Numbered from the stretch's first letter, positions 1 to 11,869 are shown. The stretch is DNA of 47,815 nucleotides from Malacoraja senta (GCA_038087875.1 JAXLNO010001955.1:124001-171815), one strand, 5' to 3'. Made by a program: numbers and translations. The notes: generated from the sequence alone by a model not told the origin.

Positions 1-204
1 GTGTGTATGTATGTCTGTGTGGATGGGTGGGTGGACTGTTGCACTGTCATTCACCAGCACGCCATTATCATAAGTAATTCACTCATTGTTTAAATAATTT
101 GACCAAATAAACAGTGAAACGATGGACATAAAATAAAACTTTATATAATCATTTATTTCCCCGATTTATTTGTTTCTTGGTCCTCCAAAATATTCCAAAT
201 TGGA

Positions 205-471
205 ATTTAAACTGGATCTTATCTTCATCTGAATATTCTTCATCAGATTCCAAGTCTTTTGCAGTAATAGAGTTTCTGCAGTCAACACACTGACATAAAT
301 CTGTACATGGCTCACCATGCTGTTGACATGAGCATCTTCCTTCCCTGTACTTGATTTCTCACAGTTTGTTTTCTTGCATGAACAGTATGTTAATTCTAGC
401 AAGGTGCTTGGGGCTGGAGGCAGATCACCCTAGTCAATGTCCAATTCACCACCTACAATTTTCCACCCATG
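205..471 (-). mobile_element. Decayed Cys-rich C-terminus of a transposase-like protein, Academ-like
   Basis: Minus strand reads HGWKIVGGELDID*GDLPPAPSTLLELTYCSCKKTNCEKSSTG, then after one frameshift GRCSCQQHGEPCTDLCQCVDCRN, followed by an acidic tail. This resembles the C-terminal Cys zinc finger of Academ transposases. No termini identified. Confidence 0.55.
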
Positions 472-1149
472 TTCATGTTTGTTGACCATCACTTGTCATG
501 GATCGAAGCAGTCTCTTTGGGGCCGTCTCATCTGCTTCACCATCAGGAACTGCCTCTTGAGGTGATTCACCTGCTTCAGGCTTTTCAGCGTCTTGAACTC
601 AATTGAACGAGGAAAAAGAAAACAAAAAAGGAATGAAAAGTAAAATAAATCAACATCTTCAAATATATCTTTTCATGTTGTTTGAGTCCCGATTTAGCTC
701 GATTTATTGTTATGTTGCAGAAGTGATGATAGCACTCTGCATGATAACCCGGGATACACTGCTGCCTCCTAATAATAGAAGATAAAATGTGTCGGGGAGT
801 ATTTTACATCTTTTCATGTTTTATATTAGGTAAGACAATATCAACATATCAATGGGGAAATTATACATGTACGAATGTCCAGGTAGATGGGATGGCAAAT
901 CTGCAAATGATCAAATTAGTGTTCATTATGGCACTTTTGTGTGGACAGCCTCTGAAGAGTGGAGGGGTAGAAGCTGCAGGAAAACAAATCTCATAGTATT
1001 TAGGTCTGCATGGACTTCAATTCATGGACTTCAATTCATAAAATGTCAATCTCTTCTTAATGTCAATGAGACTTACACTGTAATTTACTGCCATAGATAA
1101 GTTAGTTCAAGTTCAAGTGGAGGGGCAGAGGCTGCAGAATAGCTAGAGA

Positions 1150-1790
1150 AAGAAACATATCATAGTACCCGCTCCCCCTGGATAAGGTGAGGGGGTGATT
1201 GTGGAGTAAGTGACAAAGACTAGAGATGTAAAGGTGAGAATGTTTCAGAAGGAGAGGAGGTGCGAAATGTAAAGTTTGAAGGAGGTATACGAGTGTAATG
1301 GGACAGGGTGGGGGTGAAGGGGGTAAAAGGGAAATATGGGACTCTGAGAGGGAGATGAGCATACTGATGGAAACTCCCGTCTTACCCTGCACCCCCACCC
1401 TGGTGTCCACACTTCCCCAAAACCTCAGTCACTGCTCCTACCCCTCTGTATGCTCATCACTCATCCCTGAGTTATATTTTCCTCCTACCCCTTGCACCCA
1501 TATCCATCCCTCTGGCTTTACATTTCAATGCTCTCATCTCCTTATCTGACAACCTTTGTCTCCTTTTCACCTCCAGCCTTTTGTCACTTACTCCATCCAT
1601 CTGACAACCTCCCGCTCACCTGTATCCACATATCACTCGCCAGGCTTTGTCCTGCTCCCTTCTCTCTCCCCACTTTCTCTGCCCTACTCCATCAGTGTGA
1701 AGAAGGTTCCTGACCCAAAATGTCTGTCCATTTACTTTGTGTTCAGACAGATGGTGCCTGACCCACTGAGTACCTCCAGTACTGTTTAGA
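1150..1790. repeat. Two diverged copies of a purine/pyrimidine-rich Penelope-associated repeat in inverted orientation
   Basis: About 1195-1352 is a diverged reverse complement of about 1445-1600 (GGAGTAAGTGACAAA...GAAATGTAAAG...GATGAGCATAC). The + copy runs into the GAAGAAGG...GATGGTGCCTGACCCACTGAG tail. Confidence 0.6.
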
Positions 1791-1907
1791 CCTAGTTATA
1801 TTCACTGGTTAAATTAGTGCTAAAGTTAGAGTTTAATATTCATGGCCTTTATTTTATGCCAATTACAATTTATTAATCCAGCCCATTCCAGTAGTCCGTA
1901 GTTTGGA

Positions 1908-2153
1908 AAGATATCATGGAAATGGGCCCTTTGGCCCACTGAGTCCATGCTGACCAGCAATCACCCGTTCCCTAACTACACTAGGGACAATTTACAGATG
2001 CCGACTAACTTACAAACCTGCACAGCTTTGGTATGTGGGAGGAAATCTCTGTGGTCGCAGAGAGAGCATACAAACTCTGCAGACAGCACCAGAGATCAGG
2101 ATCAAACACGGGTTTCTGCTACTGTAAGACAGTAACTCTACTACTGTGCCACC
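1908..2153 (-). mobile_element. tRNA-derived V-SINE/HE1-like SINE
   Basis: Matches the reverse complement of the family at 13618 and 20942 (head GGTGGGCACAGTAGTAG, body TTTCCTCCCACA, tail GGGCCAAAGGGCCCATTTCC). Confidence 0.75.
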
Positions 2154-2295
2154 CATATTTTAGTTGGTCTTAATGTATTTCTTTTAGTACAATGTGAAGA
2201 AGGGTCCTGACCCGAAACGTCACCTGTCCATGTTCTGCAGAGATGCTGCCTGACCCGCTGAGTTACTCCAGCACTCTGTGAAACGTCACCTATCC

Positions 2296-2508
2296 ATCGA
2301 ATGGTATGTTAGCATTCATAGCAAAAGGATTTGAGTATAGGAACAGGGAGGTTCTACTGCAGTTGTACAGGGTCTTGGTGAGACCACACCTGGAGTATTG
2401 CGTACAGTTTTGGTCTCCAAATCTGAGGAAAGACATTCTTGCCATAGAGGGAGTACAGAGAAGGTTCACCAGACTGATTCCTGGTATGTCAGGACTTTCA
2501 TATGAAGA
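2296..2508 (+). mobile_element. CR1 LINE RT C-terminal fragment
   Basis: LAFIAKGFEYRNREVLLQLYRVLVRPHLEYCVQFWSPNLRKDILAIEGVQRRFTRLIPG. Confidence 0.9.
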
Positions 2509-2570
2509 AACCCTCGGGCTCATCGTCCTCCTGTTTCCTTTCTTCTCCCCGCCTCCTCCCACCCCCTATC

Positions 2571-2604
2571 AGTCTGAAGAAGGGTTTCGGCCCGAAACGT
2601 TGCC
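2571..2604 (+). ncRNA. Minimal type I hammerhead ribozyme motif (best-preserved copy of the dispersed Penelope-tail repeat)
   Basis: CTGAAGA (2574-2580), extra A, helix II GGGT-TTCG-GCCC, GAAAC, GTT cleavage triplet; palindromic ACGT helix III. Activity not testable here. Confidence 0.7.
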
Positions 2605-3167
2605 TATCTCCTTCGCTCCATAGATGCTGCCGCACCCACTGAGTTTCTCCAGCATTGATAAAGAAAACAAACGTGAAGCTTACACAGTTCCCAGTATTAT
2701 GCCTTCAACTAACGACCACGTAACCTATTTTACTTTATTACACTTTTATATCAGAGAACTCCAACATTCCTGTGAATGAAATCACACGGCAAAGAAACTC
2801 TAAGAATATAATAAACATTTTGCACAATTTCAAGCTTTGTCGGGTTGTAATAGGTTCTTTAATTTTGGTAATGTCACTGTTCTAATGATTTCTTACTGGT
2901 TAGAAATGTTCAATGCATTCTCAAACAAGGAGGTCAGACCTCAGGGTGAAAGAGGGGCAGCAGAGCAGGAAGGAGATGGAGCACTGATTTAGCTCAGAGA
3001 TTGGGTGAGGGAGAGGGATGCCAGTCTGAGCAGTGAACTGGGAATCACTGCTTTTCAGTTAGCTTTGAGCTGTTTCTTTATCAAAAAGAAACTTTATGTT
3101 TCTGTACAATGTTTACATATTCTGTTGTGCTGCAGCCAGTAAGAATTTCAATGTTCTATCTGGGACA

Positions 3168-3778
3168 TCTATCTTCTTCTACACTATTACTAAAACTCTC
3201 ACCTTGACCACTGCGTTGTAGACTAAGGTATCCTATATCGCTAGGGTTTTTAAGCCACCTTACTCACCGTTCTCTTCTGCTCCAAGCGCACCAAGTTTTG
3301 TTCCGATCGGTGAAATATGAGGAAAGTTATTGGTCTGTTATTCGCCAGGACGGCAACGCCCCTTCCGGCTCCTGCTGTCAATCACTGGCCACGAGAATAA
3401 CGCTGAAGGAGCGGGGTCTGTGTTCTGTGAGCGGGGGCCCACACTGCCCCCTCCCACATACACCCCCTCCCCGCACAAGCCCCACCACACCCCCATCCCC
3501 TCACCCCCACCCTCCCCTCACCCACTCCTCTCCCACACATTACTCCACACTCCCCTCCCCCACACTACCCCCACCACACACACCACCCCCTCCAAAATAC
3601 ACCCCTTTCCGCATGCACCCCCTCCCCTACCCGCACAACTCCGCCCCCCAGGCCCCCTCCCCCTGCTACAGAACGCTCCCGTCGTTGAGTTGGGGGAACA
3701 GGTGAGTGGTGGAATATTGCGTTGGGGGACCAGCCCTCCCGTGTGAACATGGGACCCAACGGGTCCCACTTAGTCTAG
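3168..3778 (+). mobile_element. Non-autonomous Helitron
   Basis: Starts TC and ends CTAG, with hairpin GGGACCC-AAC-GGGTCCC at 3751-3767. Inserted between A and T with no TSD. Removing it restores CTGGGACA|TATGACAATAAAAC, the LINE tail seen intact in reverse at about 13361-13390. Confidence 0.85.
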
Positions 3779-4005
3779 TATGACAATAAAACTCTCTTGA
3801 CTCTTGACTTGATGACTGATTAGACTGCAAAATAATTCAACTACAAACAATTTGTAATAAAAACAGAGCATTCAGGAGATACCCAGCAAGTCAGGCAGCA
3901 TCTGTGCAGGATAAAACACAGCTCACATTTCAGGATGATCTTTCAGCAACAAATATTATCAAACCTGCTGAGTATTTTCCATGATTAACTATTGGAGTCA
4001 CTTAC

Positions 4006-4277
4006 CACCCATGAATACCCACTGACAGCAGCTTCTTCTTCACTTGAAACCTCTCCTTCATAGGGTCCAAAATGAACGCCCCTGGGAATAACCTTCCCTT
4101 CATTCCAGACGCCAAGACCAGCTTTACAAATTTTGGACGTGGCAATGCTGAGACCCTCTGGAAGAGTTAAACGTGCTCTATCTGGGTGATTGGAATCAAC
4201 GACAGTGTCCTTCATAAAGACTGGTGGGCCGTGCACAGGGCATTCTTCAATAAAAAAATTCTCTCAGGCTTCACAAA
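4006..4277 (-). pseudogene. PRDM9: PRDM9-like exon (zinc knuckle plus N-half of PR/SET domain) with in-frame TGA
   Basis: Acceptor TTTTCTGTTTCAG|, donor |GTAAGT. Encodes CEA*ENFFIEECPVHGPPVFMKDTVVDSNHPDRARLTLPEGLSIATSKICKAGLGVWNEGKVIPRGVHFGPYEGEVSSEEEAAVSGYSWV, colinear with PRDM9 CEMCQNFFIDSCAAHGPP...LHFGPYEG...GYSWL. TGA at 4264-4266. No other exon found in the window. Confidence 0.85.
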
Positions 4278-4770
4278 CTGAAACAGAAAATGCAAAATTA
4301 AGAACTAATCAGGGTGTTGGCATTATTGAAAGTGGCTGGACTTTGTACTGAAAATGCTCAATGATCCACAAAAGATGTTATCTTTTTAGAAGTATCTCAG
4401 AATATAATACTACCAGAAGATTACTCTTCTGAGGAAGCATTCAAAATGTGAGAGGTTAATAGTGGCCAATCTGTAAAGAATCCCTTCATGATGTCTGTCT
4501 GTCACCATGAATATCTTGGGGGGAAGATGCCGCTATTTAATTCCAAATGGCAGCTGTGTTGAACTATATGGATATTGATAAACATCAAGAGAAAAATCCT
4601 GACCACAGAGTATAATTTTAAATATAGTAATAACAAGCATGATGTAATGCAGAGAGTATGTTTCACGGTAACATGGGTACATGGTGTCAACTCCAAGAAA
4701 TGTGTGTTGAAGGATAAAAGTCTATTATGTGAACTAATGAAGCATTTGTAACCAGGCAGATGAATTAAGA

Positions 4771-7700
4771 CCATAGACATAGACAATAGGTGCAGGAGTA
4801 GGCCACTTGGCCCTTCGAGACATTCAATGTGATCAAGGGTGATCATCCACAATCACTATCCCGTTCCTGCCTTCTCCCCGTATCCCTTGTCTCCGCTAGC
4901 CCTCAGAGCTCTATTTAACTCTCTCTTGAATGCATCCAGTGAATCGCCCGCCACTGCCTTCTGAGGAAGAGAATTCCATAAATTCACAACTCTGGGTGAA
5001 AATGTTTTTCCTCATCTCAGTTCTAAATAGCCTACCCCTTGTTCTTAAACTGTGGCCCCTGGTTCAGGACTCCCTGAACATTCTCAAATTAGGAGAGCAA
5101 AATGGCACACAATACTCCAGGTGTGGTCTCAACATGGACATTTATAACTACAGAAGGACCTCTTTGCCACTATACTCAAATCCTCTCGGCAGGAAACATG
5201 TTCCCGATATTCGGGGAGTCCAGATCCAGTTTAAGAATAAGGGGTAGAACATTTAGAATGGAGATGAGGAAAAACTTTTTAGACAATACACAATAGGTGC
5301 AGGAGTAGGCCATTCGGCCCTTCGAGCCAGCACCGCCATTCAATGTGATCATGGCTGATCATCCCCAATCAGTACCCCGTTCCTGCCTTCTCCCCATATC
5401 CCGACCGCTATTTTTAAGAGCACTATCTAGCTCTCTCTTGAAAGCATCCAGAGAACCTGCCTCCACCGCCCTCTGAGGCAGAGAATTCCACAGACTCACC
5501 ACTCTGTGAGAAAAAAATGTTTCCTCGTCTCCGTTCTAAATGGCTTACTCCTTATGCTTAAACTGTGGCCCCTGGTTCTGGACTCCCCCAACATCGGGAA
5601 CATGTTTCCTGCCTCTAGCGTGTCCAAGCCCTTAACAATCTTATATGTTTCAATGAGATGCCCTCTCATCCTTCTAAACTCCAGAGTGTACAAGCCCAGT
5701 TGCTCCATTCTCTCAGCATATGACAGTCCCGCCATCCCGGGAATTAACCTTGTAAACCTACGCTGCACTCACTCAATAGCAAGAATGTCCTTCCTCAAAT
5801 TAGGGGACCAAAACTGCACACAATACTCCAGGTGTGGTCTCACTAGGGCTCTGTACAACAGCAGAAGGACCTCTTTACTCCTATATTCGATTCCTCTTGT
5901 TATAAAGGCCAACATGCCGTTTGCTTTCTTCACTGCCTGCTGTACCTGCATGCTTACTTTCATAGACTAATGTACAAGGACCCCCAGATCCCGTTGTACT
6001 TCCCCTTTTCCCAACTTGACGCCATTTAGATAGTAATCTGCCTTCCTGTTTTTGCTACCATAGTGGATAACCTCACATTTATCCGCATTAAACTTATCAC
6101 ACAGTGAATTGTAAATCTGGAATTCTCTGCCTCAGAAGGCAGTGGCGGCCGAGTCTCTGGATGCTCTCAAGAGAGAGTTAGATAAAACTCTTAAAGATAG
6201 CGGATTCAAGGGATATGGGGAGAAGGCAGGAATGGGGTACTGATTGTGGATGATCAGCCATGATCACATTGAATGGCGGTGCTGGCTCGAAGGGTCGAAT
6301 GGCCTACTCCTGCACCTATTGTCTATCCTCCGAGTTCGAAAGAGGAAAACTCGGGAGAACTCGTGAATTACCTCGTACAGTGGGACAGGGGCTTAATGTT
6401 ACTTTTAATTCCTTCATATAAATCATTAGATTCAATTTCTTTCAGTTCCTCCATCACCCTACATCCTCTGTCCCCTAGTACTTCTGGAAGATTGTTTGTG
6501 TCTTCCTTAGTGAAGACAGAATCAAAGTACCTGTTCGTCTGCCATTTCCTTGTTCCCCATAATAAATTCACCTGTTTCTGCCTTCAAGGGACCCACATTT
6601 GTCTTAACTAATCTTTTCCTCTTCACATACCTACAGAAATTTTACTATCCTCCTTTATATTCTTGGCTAGCTTACATTCATACTTCATCTTTTCTTCCTG
6701 CATTGCCTTTTAAATTACCTTCTGTTCTTTAAAAGTATCCCAATCCTGTTGCTTCCTGTTCATCTTTGCTATGTTATATGTCTTCTCTTTTAGACTTCCC
6801 TTGTCAGCCACGGTCGCCTCTTACTCCCCTTAGAATCTTTCTTCCTCTTTGGAATGAAATGATCCTGCATCTTCTGGATTATTCCCAGAAATTCCTGCCA
6901 TTGCTGTTGCACCGTCATCCCTGCTAGCATCCCTTTCCAGCCAACTTTGGCCAGCTCCTCCCTCATGCCTCATAGTCCCCTTTGTTCAACTGCAATAGCG
7001 ACAGTTCTGATTTTACCTTCTCCCTCTCAAATTGCAGATTAAAACGTATCATATTATGGGTCACTACCTCCAAATGGTTCCTTTACCTTGAGTTCCATTA
7101 TCAAATCCGGTTCATTCCATAACACTAAATCCAGAATTGCCTTCTCCTTGTCGGCTCCAGTACAAGCTGCTCTAAGAATCCATCACGGAGGCACTCTACA
7201 AACTCCCTTTCTTGGGGTCCAGTGCCAACCTGATTTTCCCAGTCCACCTGCATATTGAAATCTCCCATAACCACCGTAGCATTACTTTTGTTACATGCCA
7301 ATTTTAACTCCTGATGCAACTTGCACCCTATAACCGGGCAAAGAGACAAGAGATTTAATAAAGTAGACCATACAGAAAAGTAAGTGCATGGTTTGTATCT
7401 AAACTGAACTTTATCAATTGCAAGACAAGGTTGACAATAGACAATAGGTGCAGGAGTAGTCCATTTGGCCATTCAAGCCAGCACTGCCATTCAATGTGAT
7501 CATGGCTGATCATCCACAATCAGTACCCCGTTCCTGCCTTCTTCCCATATCCCCTGACTCCACTATCTATAAGAGCTCTATCTAGCTCTCTCTATAAAGT
7601 TTCCAGAGAACCTGCCTCCACCGCCCTCTGAGACAGAGAATTCCACTGACTCACAACTCTCCGTAAAAAAAAAGTGTTTCCTCATCTCCGTTCGAAATGG

Positions 7701-7810
7701 CTTACCCCTTATTCTTAAACTGTGGCCCCAGGTTCTGGACTCCCCCAACATCGGGAACATGTTTCCTGCCTCCAGCGTGTCCAAACCCTCAATAATCTTA
7801 TATGTTTTAA
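4771..7810. mobile_element. Cluster of CR1 LINE fragments (mostly minus strand; short plus pieces at about 5186-5280 and 6098-6325)
   Basis: Repeated CR1 3' ends (GGCCTACTCCTGCACCTATTGTCT) and RT C-terminal peptides (QRRFTRLIPGMAGLSY, VRPHLEYCVQFWSP); endonuclease-region peptide VVMGDFN at about 7260. Confidence 0.9.
6327..6393. mobile_element. One end of a PIF/Harbinger-type MITE
   Basis: Ends GTGGGACAGGGGCT followed by TAA, like the terminus of the MITE at 30370. Other end not found. Confidence 0.45.
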
Positions 7811-7819
7811 TAAGATCTC

Positions 7820-9885
7820 ATAGAAATATAGAAAAATAGAAAATAGGTGCAGGAGGAGGCCATTCGGCCCTTCAAGCCAGCACCGCCATTCATTGTGATC
7901 ATGGCTGATCGTCCCTTATCAATAACCCGTGCCTGCCTTCTCCCCTAGCCCCTAGAGCTCTATGTAGCTCTCTCTTAAATCCACCCAGTGACGACCTCCA
8001 CTGCCCTCTGTGGCAGGGAATTCCATAAATTCACAACTCTCTGGGTGAAAAGGTTTTTTCTCACCTCAGTCTTAAATGACCTCCCCTTTATTCTAAGATT
8101 GTGGCCCCTGGTTCTGGGCTCGCCCAACATTGGGAACATTTTTCCTGCATCTAGCTTGTCCAGTCCTTTTATAATTTTATCTGTTTCTATAAGATCGCCC
8201 CTCATCCTTCTAAACTCCAGTGAATACAAGCCTAGTCTTTTCAATCTTTCCTCATATGACAGTCCCGCCATCCCAGGGATCAATCTCGTGAACCTACGCT
8301 GCACCGCTTCAATCACAAGGATGTCCTTCCTCAAATTAGGAGACCAAAACTGTACACAATACTCCAGATGTGGTCTCACCAGAGCCCTATACAACTTCAG
8401 AAGAACCTCTTTACTCCTATACTGAAATCCTCTTGTTATGAAGGCCAACATCCCATTAGCTTTCTTCACTGCCTGCTGTACCTGTAAGCCAACTTTCAGT
8501 GATCGGTGTACAAGGACGCCCAGGTCTCGCTGCACCCCCCCTTACCTAACCTAACCCCATTGAGATAATAATCTGCCCCCTTGTTTTTGCCGCCAAAGTA
8601 GATAACCTCACATTTATCTATATTATACTGCATCTGCCCACTCACTCAACCTGTCCAGGTCACCCTGCAACCTCCCAACATCCTCTTCACAGTTCACACT
8701 GCCACCCAGCTTTGTGTCATCCGCAAACTTAGTAGTGTTGCTCCTAATTCCCTCTTCCAAATCATTAATATATATGGTAAACAGTTGCGGCCCCAACACC
8801 GAGCCTTGCGGCACTCCACTCGCCACTGCCTGCCATTTTGAAAAGGACCTACTCTTTGCTTCCGGTCTGCCAACCAATTTTCTATCCATGTCAACACCCT
8901 ACCCACAATACCATGTGCTCTAATTTTAGTCACCAGTCTCCCGTGCGGGACCTTATCAAAGGCTTTCTGAAAGTCTAGATACACTACATCCACTGGCACC
9001 CCTTCATCCATTTTACTTGTCACATCCTCAAAAAATTCCAGAAGATTAGTCAAGCATGATTTCCCTTTCATGAATCCATGTTGACTTGGACTAATCCTTT
9101 TACTGCTATCCAAATACCCCATTATTACCTCTTTAATAATTGACTCCAGCATCTTTCCCACCACCAAAGTCAGGCTAACTGGTCTGTAATTCCCTGTTTT
9201 CTCTCTCGCTCATTTCTTGAAAAGTGGGATAACATTAGCTATCGTCCAATCCTGAATCTATTGAACATTGGAAAATGAGCACCAATGCGTCCACTATTTC
9301 TAGAGCCACCTCCCTGAGGACCCTGGGATGCAGACCATCAGGCCCAGGGGATTTATCATCCTTCAGTCCCATTAGCCTACCCAATACTATTTCTCGCCTA
9401 ATGAACATTTCTTTCAGTTCCTCTACCCCCTTAGATCCTCTGTCCTCCAGTACATCTGGGAGATTGTTTGTGTCTTCCTTAGTGAAGACAGATCCGAAGT
9501 ACCTATTCAACTCTTCTGCCATTTCCTTGTTGCCCATAATAATTTCACCCGTGTTTGCCTTCAAGGGACCCACATTTGACTTTTCTACTCTTTTTCCCTT
9601 AACATATCTAAAGAAGCTTTTACTGTCCTTCTTTATATTCCTGGCCAGCTTCCCTTCGTACTTCATCTTTTCAGCCCGTATTGCCCGTTTTGTTTCCTTC
9701 TGTTGTCCTATGAAAGTTTCCCAATCCTCTGGCTTCCAGCTACTCTTTGCTGTGTTATACATCTTTTCTTTTAGTTTTATTCTATCCATAACTTCTCTTG
9801 TCAGCCACGGTTGCCTCCTACTCCCCTTAGAATCTTTCTCCCTTTTTGGAATGAAATGATCCTGCGTCTTCCGGATTATGCCCAG
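7820..9885 (-). mobile_element. 5'-truncated CR1 LINE (tether, RT and 3' tail)
   Basis: ORFs 9235-9936, 8694-9167 (QHGFMKGKSCLTNLLEFF, YLDFQKAFDKVPH), 8623-8889 (GVPQGSVLGP, KFADDTKLG) and 7975-8535; small internal deletion near 9250. Confidence 0.95.
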
Positions 9886-9989
9886 ATTACGCCCAGTGGA
9901 AGGCAGGAGGCAGAGAAGGGAAGCACTCGGACCCAAAATGTAGGGGAGAAAGAAGAAAAAGATAATAAACAGAGAATAAGTGGTGGTGG

Positions 9990-11455
9990 GTATCTTAAAT
10001 GTGTATATTTTAATGCTAGGAGCATTGTAAGAAAGGTGGATGAGCTTAGAGTCTGGATTGACACTTGGAAGTATGATGTTGTGGCGATCAGTGAAACATG
10101 GTTGCAGGAGGGCTGTGATTGGAAACTAAATATTCCAGGATTTCGTTGCTTCAGGGGTGATAGAATTGGAGGGACAAGAGGTGGGGGTGTTGCATTGCTT
10201 GTCAAGGAAGATATTACAGCAGTGCTTTGGCAGGATAGATTAGAGGGCTCGTCTAGGGAGGCTATTTGGGTGGGACTGAGAAATGGGGAAGGTGTAGCAA
10301 CACTTATAGGGGTGTATTATAGACCGCCAAATGGGGAGCGAGAATTGGAAGAGCAAATATGTAAGGAGATAGCAGATATTAGTAGTAAGCACAAGGTAGT
10401 GATTGTGGGAGATTTCAATTTTCCACACATAGACTGGGAAACACATTCTGTAAAAGGGCTGGATGGTTTGGAGTTTGTAAAATGTGTGCAGGATAGTTTT
10501 TTGCAGCAATACATAGAGGTACCTACTAAAGAAGGGGCAGTGCTGGACCTCCTGTTAGGAAATGAGACAGGGCAGGTGGCAGAGGTATGCGTTGGGGAGC
10601 ACTTCAGGTCCAGTGATCACAATACCATTAGTTTCAATATAATTATGGAGAGGGTCAGAACTGGACCAAGGGTTGAGATTTTTGATTGGAGAAAGGCTAA
10701 CTTTGAGGAGATGCGAAAGGATTTAAAAGGAGTGAATTGGGACATGTTGTTTTATGGGAAGAATGTAGTAGAGAATTGGAGGACATTTAAAGGTGAAATT
10801 TTAAGAGTACAGAATCTTTATGCCCCTGTTCGGTTGAAAGGAAATAGTAAAAAATTGGAAAGAGCCATGGTTTTCAAGGGAAATTGGACACTTGGTTTGG
10901 AAAAAGAGAGAGATCTACAATAATTATAGGCAGCATGGAGTAAATGAGGTGCTTGAGGAGTATAAAGAATGTAAAAGAATATTAAGAAAGAAATTAGAAA
11001 AGCTAAAAGAAGATATGAGGTTGCTTTGGCAAGTAAGGTGAAAGTAAATCCAAAGCGTTTCTACAGCTATATTAATAGCAAAAGGATAACAAGGAATAAA
11101 ATTGGTCCATTAGAGAGTCAGAGTGGACAGCTATCTGCAGAGCCAAAAGAGATGGGGGAGATATTGAACAATGTCTTTTCTTCGGTATTCACCAAGGAGA
11201 AGGATATGGAATTATGTGAGGTAAGGGAAACAAGTAGAGTAGCTATGGAAACTATGAGATACACAGAAGAGGAGGTGCGGACACTTTTGAAAAATATGAA
11301 AACGAATAAGCCTCCAGGTCCTGACAGGATATTCCCTAGGACATTGAGGGAAGTTAGTGTAGAAATAGCAGGGGCTTTGACAGAAATATTTCAAATGTCA
11401 TTAGAAACGGCGTACTACGCATGTTGTTCCGTTGTTTAAAAAGGGTTCTAAGAGT
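9990..11455 (+). mobile_element. CR1 LINE ORF2 APE endonuclease and tether (different subfamily from the adjacent copy)
   Basis: CVYFNARSI, VVAISETWL, GVYYRPP, VIVGDFNFPHIDW, LDLLL, SDHN motifs; ends near IFQMSL. Confidence 0.95.
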
Positions 11456-11518
11456 AAAGCTGGAAGAGAGGAGGGGCAGAACAAAGTATGGCAGATGATA
11501 GGTGATAGATACCAAAAT

Positions 11519-11735
11519 GAGAGAGCAGTCCTGAACTACTATCTGCATCATTGGTGACCCTCGGACTTTCTTTGATCGGACTTTACTGGCTTTACCTTGC
11601 ACTAAATGTTATTCCCTCATCATGTATCTCTACACTGTAAATGGTTAGTTTGTAATCATGTATTGTCTTTACGCTGACTGGTTAGCAGGTAACAAAAGCT
11701 TTTCACTGTACCTCGGTACACGTAACAATAAACTA
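11519..11735 (+). mobile_element. LINE 3' UTR fragment (Rex1-type tail)
   Basis: Ends TTTCACTGTACCTCGGTACACGTAACAATAAACTAAACTAAA, the TGACAATAAA-type tail seen at other Rex1-like ends in the window. Confidence 0.55.
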
Positions 11736-11869
11736 AACTAAAATGTTGCAGAGAGGATTTTCCGACAACAAAGGCCAGAGATGAAAAGACAAAAGGAATT
11801 AAAGAATGGTGAATTGTGAAAATAGAGGAATGGATGAACGGGACGGGGGAGGGCAGAAATAGATGCAAG

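Noticed and set aside
852-1100. 82-aa ORF as a missing PRDM9 SET exon (DGKSAN resembles DGKD..AN)
   Set aside because: Wrong strand relative to the PRDM9 exon, no NWMRY motif and no suitable splice sites.
3298-3769. Overlapping Pro/His/Thr-rich ORFs
   Set aside because: Low-complexity C/A-rich tract inside the Helitron; no domain, and the starts are non-ATG or arbitrary.
3219-3777. 9-bp inverted repeat TAGACTAAG...CTTAGTCTA suggesting a TIR (Academ-like) element
   Set aside because: No TSD at those ends. The true boundaries (3168-3778) restore the host LINE tail exactly and show Helitron TC/CTAG/hairpin features.
4264-4266. TGA at a Cys position read as selenocysteine
   Set aside because: A single TGY to TGA change explains it. 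I know of no Sec-containing PRDM, and no SECIS can be assessed because the 3' UTR is outside the window.
9811-10923. 370-aa ORF as a host nuclease gene
   Set aside because: It is the APE endonuclease of CR1 ORF2, continuing by frameshift into tether sequence; no splice structure.
7820-11455. Back-to-back CR1 pieces as one 5'-inverted (twin-primed) insertion
   Set aside because: The pieces overlap by more than 200 codons of the tether region and differ strongly there (EVALEIVDALVLIFQCSI versus EVSVEIAGALTEIFQMSL), so they are separate subfamilies.
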